Shown: positions 38,371 to 49,826 of the stretch, piece after piece | Numbering within the stretch: the first letter of the stretch is position 1 | How the letters are laid out: each line of letters opens with the position of its first letter | From: Eledone cirrhosa | Lineage: Eukaryota | Direction of reading: 5' to 3' | Length of the DNA: 64,000 nt | Assembly: GCA_964016885.1 (NCBI GenBank) | Contig: OZ024743.1 | Coordinates: forward strand, 222,394,001-222,458,000 | Program-made: the position numbers and the translations under genes | Notes under the pieces: generated by a model | Databases searched by the model: none | What the model was told of the DNA's origin: nothing | Seen by the model: the letters and a program-made list of their open reading frames with translations, nothing else

Positions 38371-38678
38371 GAAATAATTAATAACTCCTCCAAAATATTC
38401 AGGAATTAATTAAAAAACAGTGTATTTCATTAGAAATATGATAATGAAAATATCAATATCTATTTTCCCACACTCACATGGGTTGGATGGATTTATAGCA
38501 CAGCATATTGCCACTTTGTCACCATTTCTTCCCATATTTTACTGAGTCTGTGTAGTCCCATATCAGCCTTGTGATTGAGTAGACTTATGATCAAAGGTGT
38601 TCCAGCTGCGACCATCCTGTCTTTTTTTTTTTTTCTTTTCAGGTTTACACTATCCAATATGTCCATTTCTTAAATTTC

Positions 38679-38887
38679 TTAACCAGCTATATCCAGTCAG
38701 AATTCTTTCACCTCTTTCTGTTCAAACCAGCTGTAATTGGCTGCTCATACTGCTATTAAGGTATTGTTCTCAAAATAAATAATATCAAAATGCCATAGAT
38801 TCGATATTATGTGGAATAACTATGTAAGGTAAAACCTTTACCGTGAAAATATAATAGTATATATAGAGTAATGTAAATGTTAAAGGG
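38679..38887 (+). mobile_element. piggyBac-type MITE copy with left TIR deleted
   Basis: Internal sequence matches 42020-42224; right end taaatgttaaaggg|tta. Confidence 0.75.
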
Positions 38888-39129
38888 TTACAACACACAT
38901 TTTAAGACCATCTTCTGAACTAAAGCAGGAATTGGCCTTGTGCCTTCCTCACCTTATTACTTACACCACCACCCCTCACAAATGACCCCACTTTCATTTC
39001 TTCCTCCATGTCTTTCTTGGTCTTCCCCTTCCTCTACTTCCCCCTTTATTCATTTCCATCACTCCTCTCACCTAGTCACATCAACAATCAAAACAACTGC
39101 ATAACAAAAGCAAGTATAACAATTGCTCT

Positions 39130-39435
39130 TGTTGTTACTGGGCCACAGTTTGACCAACAGAACAACCTGCCTGTGAAATAAATATATGCAACTGGCTGAG
39201 CATTCCACAGAAAATTGTACCCTTAGCATAATTCTCAGGGAGATTCAGCTTGACACAGTGTGTAAGTGACAAAGCTGGGCACTTTAAATCAGAGGTACAA
39301 CTGATTTTTTTACAGCTGAGTAGACTTGAGCAACATGAAATAAAGTGTCTTGCTCAAGTACACAATGGGCCAACGGGAAATTAAATTCAAGAGTTTAAGA
39401 TCATGAGCCAAACACACTAACTACTAAGCTATGTT
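39130..39435 (-). mobile_element. CORE-type tRNA SINE
   Basis: gagcaacatgaaataaagtgtcttgctcaa and actaactactaagctatg are reverse complements of the CORE region and box A. Confidence 0.7.
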
Positions 39436-39533
39436 CCCTCACTATAACAACAATTACAACAGACAAACTACAAGTAGAAGAAAGGTAAAGAAAAGTTAAC
39501 AAAATAAACAAGAGCCAAGCATCAACAACAATT

Positions 39534-39647
39534 GGAGAGAGAAGGGAGGATAAATAGAGAGAGAGGGAGAGAAAGATAGAGCAGGGAGAGAGAGAGGCCA
39601 GGAGAGGGGAAGAGAGATGAGAGAGAGAGCGGAGGAGAGAGAGAAAG

Positions 39648-39709
<62 letters not shown>

Positions 39710-39733
39710 GGGAGAGAGAGGGAGAGAGAGCAG

Positions 39734-39799
<66 letters not shown>

Positions 39800-39800
39800 G

Positions 39801-39837
<37 letters not shown>

Positions 39838-39920
39838 GTGAGAGAGAGAGAGTGAGTGAGAGAGAGAGAGTGAGTGAGAGAGAGTGAGTGAGTGAGAGAG
39901 AGAGAGAGTGAGTGAGAGTA
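39534..39920. repeat. (GA)n/(GAGT)n microsatellite
   Basis: Direct reading; source of the SL and ER dipeptide ORFs. Confidence 0.92.
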
Positions 39921-40247
39921 AAGGAATGAGAATCTGACATCTAAATTGTGGTATTCTGTAATCAAGACATACTACTTGTGACAGTCATATTGATTTGTTA
40001 TTCATGTATGAAATAAATATGCAAATCATTTCGAGATTCTTCTTTACAGATATTTTCTAATTACAGAGAAAAATAACAAATATAAAACATAAAAATATAT
40101 AAAATATATATAATAAAATAAAATATTTTAACAAATAAATGTATGAATAATTTTTTTTTTTTTTTAATAAAAATGCAAATATAAATGAAAAACAAAATAC
40201 CCTAATTATATAAAAATAATATAAAATAAAATATTGTTAGAGGCTCT

Positions 40248-40690
40248 GACATGGCTGTGTGGTTAAGGTGTTTGCTTGGGCAGAGGTGGTAAGAGCTGAG
40301 AAGGACCTGTCCAACCCATGCAAGCATGGAAAAATGGATGTAAAAACGATGATGATGACGATGATGATGGTGATTGTGTTAATGTTTGACATGGTTCTCG
40401 ACTCAGTCGTCCTGTGTGGCACTTGGGTAAGTGTCTTTTACTGTAGCCCCAAGTTTGTCAATGCTCTATGAGTGGAATTTGGTAGACAGAAACTGCAGAA
40501 GCCTATGTGTATGCATGCATGTGTATGTGTGTGTGTCTATATTTGTGTCTGTGTATGTGTGTTTATGTCCCATAACTTAGCACTTCTATACAGAGATCAA
40601 CAAAATAAGTAACAGACTTGAAACAAATAAGTACTGATCATATTGGTGTCCTAGTATGGCATATGTCCAATGAATAAAACCAGTAAAAGA
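40248..40690 (+). mobile_element. Degenerate composite SINE interrupted by an RTE 3'-end fragment (~40280-40372)
   Basis: catggctgtgtggttaag head; aacccatgcaagcatggaaaaatggatgtaaaaacgatgatg RTE tail; aaataagtac tail. Confidence 0.5.
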
Positions 40691-41041
40691 GTTAAAAGAA
40701 TAAATAAATAAATATATAAAATGCATAAATTTTCAAAAAAAATGTCCTAATTATGGAGTCGAGAAAATAAAAATAAAATATATTAACAAGTAAATAAAAA
40801 AAATACATGTATAAATTTCCCCAAATCCTAATTACAGAGGTAATAAAATAAATTAATATGTGTAAAATATAAAATATATTCAGTGACTTTATCACTGTTT
40901 CTGATGTCTGGTTTTATTTAATTTTATTCCACCCTCTTGGTACTTGTTTTTCAGATATGTAGAGTGGTAGTTTATAACTTCTCACTGGTATAGGGGTGAC
41001 ACTAGTTAACCATTTTGATACCAAGTCACTTGGAACTGCCC

Positions 41042-41312
41042 TACAATACAAAACTGTTAATTTTAAAGGGTTTATATTTATCTAAAAAGCCTGTGAGTCA
41101 ATCAGCACTACTAGCATGTTACCCTGGGCACATTAAGCCAGTATAGGGTCCCTGGCTGAAAATTTAATTGCTTGTATACAATACAAAACTGCTAATTTTA
41201 AAGTGTTTACATTTATCTAAAAGCCTATGGGTCAATCAGCACTACTAGTAGGTTACCCTGGTGCAGATTAACCCTGCATAGGGCCCCTAGCTGAAAATTT
41301 CATTGCTTGTAT
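41042..41312. repeat. Two-copy ~135-bp tandem duplication
   Basis: tacaatacaaaactg...gctgaaaatttMattgcttgtata occurs twice. Confidence 0.8.
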
Positions 41313-41431
41313 ATTATTTATGACAACCAAAAAATTGATTTTGGATCTTTTAAATATTGTGAAGCTCCTGACTGAAACCAACCCATCCCCCAATCTTAAT
41401 CTCTCACTGATAATTATCCTATAAATTATCA

Positions 41432-41685
41432 CACATGTGATGCGTATGGGTGATAGTCGCTGAGTGAAGAAGTGCCAGGAAATTCTAGTCAAGGGAAGTT
41501 GCAGTAGAGGTAGATCAAGAAAGACCTAGGCAGAGGTGGTGTGAACTGATCTCAATTCGCTGACACTCACAAAGGAGATGAACAAGGAACGCAATGAGTG
41601 GAGAGATGCTGGGCTGAGAAGGACCCATCCAACCCATGCTAGTGAGGAAAAATGGATGTAAAAACAACGATGATGGTGATGATGT
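41432..41685 (+). mobile_element. Old RTE 3' fragment
   Basis: HVMRM...RGRSRKT-like coding remnant and (GAT)n tail. Confidence 0.75.
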
Positions 41686-42019
41686 ATGATAAACAAATAT
41701 TATCACATGTTCCCTGAGCGATATAAAAAAGAATAAAGATTAACAATGAAAGAAACTTTGAAATAATTAATAATTTTAATAAATTCCTCCAAATGCTTCA
41801 CTAATTAAATCAAATACATTAATTAAATCTTATTAGAAATACAGTAATGAAAGAGTTATAAAATATGTAACATGAATTAACAAAAAAAAAGTTCTTATAT
41901 CAAATTATGGTGGAAGATTTAAATTTAAATAGAAACCATTTAAAATGAGTGATTTTGTTTCATAGAACCAGAAGCAAGTTGGTATCAAAAGAACTAATTT
42001 GTTCCAAATACCAACTTAA

Positions 42020-42224
42020 CCCTTTAGCATTTAAACCGGATGTGTCCAGCTAGAATTCTCTCACCACTTTCTATTCAAACTGGCAGCTCATACTGATGTT
42101 AAGATAGTGTTCTCAAAATAAATAATATCAAAATCCCATAGGTTCGATATTAACTGGCATAATTATGTGAAATTTTACTGTGAAAATACAATAGTAAATA
42201 TAGAGTAATGTAAATGCTAAAGGG
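42020..42224 (+). mobile_element. piggyBac-type MITE, 205 bp
   Basis: Perfect 14-bp TIR CCCTTTAGCATTTA/TAAATGCTAAAGGG with TTAA on both sides (42016-42019, 42225-42228). Confidence 0.92.
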
Positions 42225-42830
42225 TTAATAACGAGAAAGTTAATTATATTAATAAATCCCTCCAAATTCTTAATCATTTTCAAAACTCATTGGAAATTAT
42301 AGGCAGTGTCTGTCTTTCATTTGAAATATGTTAACGAAAGGGTTGGTCCTTTTGCCAGGGGAGGGTGTTGTCGATAAAATAAGTACCAGTAATATATTTC
42401 AGCTGATTTAGTTACCTATACAGGAGTTACTTAGAAAAGATGTTTGTGTAGAAGGTCAAATGAAATCAATAAATCAATAATGCTAACAATATCCCTAAAA
42501 GAACTTTTTAAAATATGTTATAAAGCACAAAACATCTGTTTAATTAAAAGAAAGCTCGTTACAAAGACAATTTCTATTTAATTAAATTGGATGATACAAA
42601 ACAGACAGCTTCTGTTAAAAATAATGATTCTTGTGAATTATTTGCCAACTGAAGGATAAAAAATAAAAATACATTTCTTACAATTTTATAATTGGTAAAT
42701 TGGCAGAGTCATTAGAGCATTGAATTAAATGTCTTGGCATTTGTTCTGGTTCTGGTTCCCAGTGACCTGAGTTCAAATCCCACCAAGGTTAAATGGATAA
42801 AGAACCAGTTCAGTTATATGATTGTTTTAA

Positions 42831-43036
42831 CCCTTTAGCATTTACATTACTATATATATACTAATTATGTATATACTTACATAATTATCTCACATAATAT
42901 CGAATCTATGAAATTTTGATGTTATTTATTTTGAGAATATACTTTAACGTCAGTATGAGCGACCAGTTACAGCCGGCTTGAACAGAAAGAGGTGAAAGAA
43001 TTCTGGCTGGATACTGTCGGTTTAAATGCTAAAGGG
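42831..43036 (-). mobile_element. piggyBac-type MITE, 206 bp, inside a Meta-type SINE (~42690-43120)
   Basis: Same 14-bp TIRs; TTAA at 42827-42830 and 43037-43040; opposite orientation to the 42020 copy. Confidence 0.92.
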
Positions 43037-43559
43037 TTAAATCAATAAAGTACCAGTCCAATTATAGGATTGTTTTAATGGACTTACCATTCTCCCCTTG
43101 TGCCTCAATTAGAAACCACTATAACATTGAATATTGCCCCCTACCAACAGCTGAATGGAAGCGAGGTTTTGTTTTAAGAAGTAAACAATAAGCTAAATCA
43201 AACACCAGGATATTACTAATATATTTTTTTATATTTTTTAAAAGAAAGGTGTGTGTCACTAACATAAGCACTTTATATATAGATATATAACTGTTTTTGT
43301 TTTTTGTTTGTTTCTTTTTACTGTACACTTGTTTAATATATGTGTGTGAATGCACATGGCCTTGTGGTTAAACTTTTGAACTCACAATCATAAGGTTGTG
43401 GGTTTGGTTTCCAGAATGTATGGAATTTTAAGGGCAGTGTAGTGACAGACGAGTTGTCTTGGACATTTTAAACCCGATGGAGCATTTCCCTCAAGGTTTG
43501 AACAAAACCAGTTCCTTCCATAAAAGAGGAAATGAGAAAGAAATATAGAGGAAGAAGAG

Positions 43560-43690
43560 ACCTCAGTACTGGACTTAAAAGGATGAAAGGCAAAGTTGAC
43601 CTGAATGAGTTTTGAACTCAGAGTATAAAGATCCAGAACAAGTACCATAAAACATTCTATGCAATGTTCTAACAACTCAGCCACTTGGTC
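43560..43690 (-). mobile_element. Meta-type SINE fragment
   Basis: aaaggatgaaaggcaaagttgacc...tttgaactcaga. Confidence 0.65.
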
Positions 43691-43709
43691 TGCACCCCCT
43701 TTCTCTCTC

Positions 43710-43915
43710 TGGACCTGTTATTTTTATCTAAAGACATTTTTTCCAATTCCATCCTGCCCGTCCCTTCAATCTGTCTTATTTCTTATTCTTTCTCCTGATG
43801 AAGGACCAGCGTCCGAAATGTAAAAACCCTCTACCTGTTATTTCAAGCGTTAACCTAATATATTCCTTCCATATACTATACCAATTGTGTTGTTATTTCT
43901 GTTTACCTTTTACAT

Positions 43916-43950
<35 letters not shown>

Positions 43951-44774
43951 ATGTTATATGTGCAATGTAAATGTGAGAGAGAGGCAGAGCTTGGATGAAA
44001 TGATGGAGAAATGGGTTTAAGAGGAATGTGAAATGGTGTGCAGGAGAAAAGACTGCAATAGTACAGACATATGATGCACATGGATAAAGATCGCTGGGTG
44101 AAGAAATGCCAGAAAATACCATTGGAGTGTAGCTGCAGTAGAGGTAGACCAAGGAAGACCTGCGTAGAGATAGCGAGACTTGATCTCAAATAGCTGAGAC
44201 TCACAGAGATGATGAAGGAACATGACAAGTAGAAAAATGATGATGATGATATATATTGTGTCCTTTGCTTTGTTATTTCTGTTTACTTTTTACACACACA
44301 TACATACACACACACAGTAATATATTTATATATATATATAACAAAGAAAGTATGGTAAAAAACCAGGTGGACCATAACACACCAGTACTCGATACTTAAG
44401 GTAGTAGAGTGGGTAATAGGAAAAGAGTCAGGACCCCGACGGCTGAGCTCCGGCCATTTTGACAGTTAGATCCAAACTGATATTCTTCGAACTGAGTTCG
44501 GATCGAGCTGTCAAAACAGCCGGAACTCAGCCATCGGGGTCCTGATTCTTTTCCTAAGAGATGTCAACATGAATGGACCTGTTATTTTTATCTAAAGACA
44601 TTTTTTCCAATTCCATGCCACCCGTCCCTTAAATCTACCTTATTTCTCATTCTTTCTTCTGATGAAGGACCAGCGTCCGAAACGTTAAGACCCTCTTCCT
44701 GCTATATCAAGCGTTAACCTAATATATTCCTTCCATATACTGTACCAATTGTGTTGTTATTTCTGTTTACATTT

Positions 44775-44783
<9 letters not shown>
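43710..44783 (+). mobile_element. PLE-type terminal repeat pair (43710-43918 and 44574-44783) enclosing an RTE fragment (~43965-44250) and a 140-bp hairpin (44417-44556)
   Basis: ~208-bp direct repeats, each with a hammerhead core and each ending in a TA/CA microsatellite. Confidence 0.7.
44655..44690 (+). ncRNA. Minimal type I hammerhead ribozyme (PLE-type)
   Basis: TCTT-CTGATGA-A-GGAC-CAGC-GTCC-GAAAC-GTT-AAGA: stem I TCTT/AAGA, stem II GGAC/GTCC, palindromic loopless stem III ACGT. A degenerate twin lies at 43791-43825. Confidence 0.75.
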
Positions 44784-44809
<26 letters not shown>

Positions 44810-44837
44810 TACATACATATATATATATATTACATAC

Positions 44838-44869
<32 letters not shown>

Positions 44870-45460
44870 GTATATATGTATGTATATATGTATGTATATA
44901 CAATCTGACACATAAAATGCAAAACAAGGACAATGAAGAAAAGAAAGAAAAAACACAATACAAAAAAGAAATAGGGCAAAAAAAATCATTGCTGATTAAA
45001 AGTTTTCTTTTGGGGGAGGTGGGCATGGTAGGATTTGGTGATCCTTAAAAATTCCATAGTAACTGACCAGTCTAAAGGAACCAATTCACACTTTGATGAC
45101 TAAAAAAAAATCAATAAACATTCCTCTATGTTCAATACTCTTTCCAGATCAATACAGTTCCCTCCATAAATACATACCTATGCAAATATTTACTGTACTA
45201 TATATGCATGCATGCATAATATTTTCTTTCAGCATTCGTACATATAGCCATGAAAACATACATGATTGTTGTTGTTGTTGCTATGGTTGGGTCATTAACT
45301 CCGCTACTAAAATGACTCACTAGGGGATTAAACCAAAATACATTATGGCTAATATTAAGCAATGCATATATTACACACATGGAAACAAATATATGTGCAC
45401 ACATAATTATATATACACACACACATATATTGTAAGTGTGTTTATGTATGTGTGTGTATA

Positions 45461-45515
<55 letters not shown>

Positions 45516-45564
45516 TATATATTATATATATATTATATATTATATATATTATATATTATACATA

Positions 45565-45708
45565 GACATGCTTTCCAGCATAGTTACGTCTGAGTTCAAA
45601 TCCCGCCGAGGTTAACTTTGCCTTTCATCCTTACGAGGTCGATAGAATAAAGTACCAGTAATGTACTGGGTAATTGCTGGCCTTGTGCCAAAAGTAGAAA
45701 CAATTATA
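45565..45708 (+). mobile_element. Meta-type tRNA SINE, 5'-truncated
   Basis: gagttcaaatcccgccgaggttaactttgcctttcatccttacgaggtcgata...; closely similar to 37510-37670. Confidence 0.8.
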
Positions 45709-45715
45709 TATACAA

Positions 45716-46063
45716 TATGTAGCTTACACTTGGAGTAATAATAAATCAAGAAAGAAGAGTGACATGGTTTGCTATACAATAAGTGCTTTATTCACATTGT
45801 TGACAATTGTTTCTCTGAACTGGTAGGTCTAGAGATCGCTACCCGCCTGTTTTTGCATCAATCGATCACCAATACTTTGTTATAACCAGTCAGTTCATCA
45901 GAGCGTGCGAGAATGGAGGGAATATACAGGCATGGCTTCTATATATAGTAGTGGCATTAAATCAGAACAATAATAACAATACTAGCAATACTACAATAAA
46001 TTAGCTAGACCGTAAATATTTAAAATAATCACAACATCAATCTAAGTAAGAGATAGAGTATAC
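45716..46063 (-). mobile_element. Second copy of the PLE 3' terminal repeat (348 bp)
   Basis: Near-identical to 47212-47559 (offset 1496). Confidence 0.85.
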
Positions 46064-46987
46064 AGCCACAGGAAACAAGTACCACCAATCTCTGGGAGGG
46101 CCCTGTAGAAACAGTAGACAGCTTCTGCTACCTAGGTGACCGAATTAGCAACGGAGGTGGGTGTTCAGAAAGTACAATAACTAGGGTAAGAACGGGATGG
46201 AAGAAGTTTAGGGAACTACTACCACTGCTAGCTGCAAAAGGCTTCTCCCTCAGAATGAAAGGCAGACTGTATGATGTGTGTATCCGAACAGCGATATTGC
46301 ATGGTAGTGAGACCTGGGCGCTGAAGGTGGAAGACTTACGTAGATTAGAGAGAAACGAAGCCTGCATGCTCCGATGGATGTGTAACAGTAATATACGTGA
46401 ACGACAAAGCATAAATGAATTGAGAGAGAGACTGAGCATAAGAGGAATCAAATGCTGTGTGCAGGAGAGGCAGTTGCGCTGGTATGGACATGTGATGCGT
46501 ATGAAGGATGACAGCTGCATAAAAAGGTGCAGAGCACTAGAAGTTGATGGAAACCGCGGAGTGAGGAGACCCAAGATGACCTGGGATGAGATGATAAAAG
46601 CCAACCTTACCCAATTACACCTCTCAAAGACAATGACACACGACCGTGACTTCTGGCGTCACGCAGTAATACAGAGTACCCGACCTCCCATCGGTACATG
46701 CTGAAGCATATAAACAATATGCCCCCACACCCCCCACCACAAGGTGGTCGTGGAGGTGCCACGGCAAAAAAGCACCCAGCCCACACTGTAAAGTGGACGT
46801 GTAGGCGCCACGAAAAAGCACTCAGCACTCACTGTAAATGAGGTTGGTGTTAGGAAGGGCATCCAGCTGTAGAAATCAAGCCAGATCAGTTCCTGTATGA
46901 GCAAGGCATGGTCAGCCGACCAGACACTGCACACAACAGGACAACCCGTCTAACCCATGCTAGCGTGGAAGAACGGACGTAAAACGG

Positions 46988-47021
<34 letters not shown>
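46063..47021 (+). mobile_element. RTE subfamily A, 5'-truncated
   Basis: QPQETSTTNLWEGP...RPPIGTC*, 3' UTR and (GAT)n tail running into (TA)n. Confidence 0.95.
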
Positions 47022-47294
47022 ATATATATATATATTATATATATTATATATCTTATATATGTATATATATATATATATATATACGGGATAACAAATTATT
47101 GTTATAGGTAGTCCAGTTAGGGTACTCCGAGTAGTGGATAGTATTAACGCTTGGCTAAGTTTGACTCAATAAGACGTTTCCATAGTGAGGCTGCGAGTAT
47201 GGGGTGATTTCTATGTAGCTTACACTTGGAGTAATAATAAATCAAGAAAGAAGAGTGACATGGTTTGCTATACAATAAGTACTTTATTCACATT

Positions 47295-47400
47295 GTTGAC
47301 AATTGTTTCTCTGAACTGGTAGGTCTAGAGATCGCTACCCGCCTGTTTTTGCATCAATCGATCACCAATACTTTGTTATAACCAGTCAGTTCATCAGAGC
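47295..47400 (-). ncRNA. Candidate hammerhead ribozyme with long stem II insertion (twin at 45799-45904)
   Basis: GCT-CTGATGA-A-CTGACTGGT...ACCAGTTCAG-A-GAAAC-AATT-GTC-AAC; the inverted copy at 49106-49120 reads GAAACAATTGTCAGC, which restores stem I GCT/AGC. Confidence 0.55.
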
Positions 47401-48299
47401 GTGCGAGAATGGAGGGAATATACAGGCATGGCTTCTATATATAGTAGTGGCATTAAATCAGAACAATAATAACAATACTAGCAATACTACAATAAATTAG
47501 CTAGACCGTAAATATTTAAAATAATCACAACATCAATCTAAGTAAGACATAGAGTATACTGATGACTTTAGCATGTAAAATGAGCTGATACGAAGCAGAT
47601 GTATGAAATTGACATGTAAAAGCTGTCGTGGGGTGTATTATATATAGTGTAGAGATAATCTGGGGCTTGAAACAATGGACCATTTACTTTACTGTAGGTT
47701 TGCTGACCGTAAGAGTTATTTATTATCTGACAGATAAAATATTTTCATTGTAGTGAGGATGGCATTTTTTATGTGGTGTAAAGCGGATTCATTATTTAAG
47801 TGGTCTATATTAGATGAAGGGATTGTTAGTTCGAATCATGGGGTTGTTTAGCTTTCACAGCATCAATAACACATCATGCATGGATAAGACAGCAATAATA
47901 ATAATAACAGCAATATAGTAAGTAAGTTAATACAGAGGTTAAGAAGCATGGTATATATAGAGAGAACATAATGACTACAATTACGGATACATTGGGGTGG
48001 TCATTATAACAACAGGGGGAAGGTGATATTTAAAGGACTGTGGTAGTAGTCAAATAATGTACTTGGAATTAGGTTCATCTGTTGAGAATCAAGAGTGAGG
48101 AAGTTGTGTTGACAGCAGCCGAGAAGAGATATATTTATGGGTTGATGAGATATTTGCAGACATTACTGTGGTATAGAATTAAGGAGGCTAGAAGCTGCTT
48201 AAAGAATATTACAGTTGTGTGGTGGTCTGTGTGAGAGTGCGGATTTCATATGTTGAATGCTAAGTTATGTTGGTTCGAATCACGGTGGCTTAAATCTTG

Positions 48300-49030
48300 T
48301 GAATTTAGTAGCGATCCTGTGTCTGCAGAAAATTGACCTTTCTATCTTGTTGAGTAGCCTTTTATCGTTCCTAAGGATATATAGTAATTCATGGTCGCAG
48401 AGCCTACAATAGGACATAGCGGTACTATATGCCCTTGCGGCCGACAACTTCGACCAGTTGATATTGTAGTCAATGTTTTTGTCCTTAAGTTCCCAGATTT
48501 TCTTGGCGAGGGTTCTTCATCGAGTGTCTGTGCACATACCATCTTTTTTTTAAAAGTACCCGCAGTGGATCCAATGTAATGCCAAGTGGAGTTGCCCGAG
48601 TTCACCGTACACATGTACACTAGGCTCGAATCAAGGCACCTGTTCGCCAATGGGCACCTATCCGGTAGGTGACAATTGCAGTTTGAGGTGTTATTCCGTG
48701 CAACTTCCACACTGCTGTTTTGTACACTGCTATACGTGGGTTGTGATTCGTGCCCATTGAGGTTTTGCTGTGGCGCATTCGTATGCGTTTGCGGTTGTGA
48801 TACTGTGATGTGTTTATGTTTAGAATTTGGTGCTATGTTGTGCATAGGGGGGGTGGTCTCCCTAGAGGTATTTCTGTGGTTGATCTTGCGTATGTGGGAT
48901 TCTATATTTGCAGCTGTAGAGTATGAGAGTTTTATAGTTTTTCTATTGAGGATTTTATGATATCTATGTGATATAGGGAAGTGTTTATCTATTAGTTTAA
49001 AAAACGTAGAAGGCAGTCTAGTTTTTACAG
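48300..49030 (-). pseudogene. PLE thumb/linker and GIY-YIG endonuclease, frameshifted after FKKK
   Basis: ORF 48342-48845 plus its upstream in-frame extension; left boundary approximate. Confidence 0.75.
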
Positions 49031-49783
49031 AGGTTATAACAAAGTATTGGTGATCAATTGACGCAAAAACAGGCAGGTAGCGATCTCTATACCTACCAGT
49101 TCAGAGAAACAATTGTCAGCAATGTGAATAAAGCCCTTATTGTATAGCAAACCATGTCACTCTTCTTTCTTGATTTATTATATATATATATATATGAATA
49201 TGATGACTAATATATATATATATATCCCTCCACATATTCTTCAACCATATACATCTCTGCTTCCTGCTTTTCCATCCATACCAGCACAATACTGCCAGAT
49301 GTCGCTCAGTTGTTCACTTCTACACAACGCACATAACCCAATACTTATCCCCCATCCCCATCCTCATTCAACCATGCCAACATGGAAAAATGGAAGCTCC
49401 CTGCCTCCCCCAATGTATCACCAGCCATCATTCACACTCTTTATAGGCCACTTCTCTCTCCCTCCCTCTAACTACATCCTTTGGCATGCAACATGTAGCT
49501 TCCCTTGCCCTATTCCTATGACTGCCTTCACAGTATGCTGCAAGCTCAATAATTGGTGAGGATACAAAGGGGGCATCTATAACTCAGTGGGAATTATTTG
49601 AAAAGCACTAGTTTTTTTCCTTTTTGCTGTTGTTTGGATGAAGAATATCATCAACAGTGAGCATTGTTTACATTCTTCACACATGTCTGATGACAATGCT
49701 TTAAACATTACAGTTTAATAACAGTTTAATGACTTTGAAATGTATATAATAGGAGTAAAACAACTCTTCTTATTCCATAATGG

Positions 49784-49822
<39 letters not shown>

Positions 49823-49826
<4 letters not shown>

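Larger units (their letters stand above)
47212..49181 (-). mobile_element. Penelope-like element (probably Hydra group), 5'-truncated, with inverted terminal-repeat fragment at 49032-49181
   Basis: Minus strand FFKLIDKHFP..RYHKILNRKTIKLSYS, then CNCHLPDRCPLANRC (CxCx5Cx5C) and LVY...YIGST GIY-YIG; 49032-49181 is the reverse complement of ~47233-47383. Confidence 0.8.
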
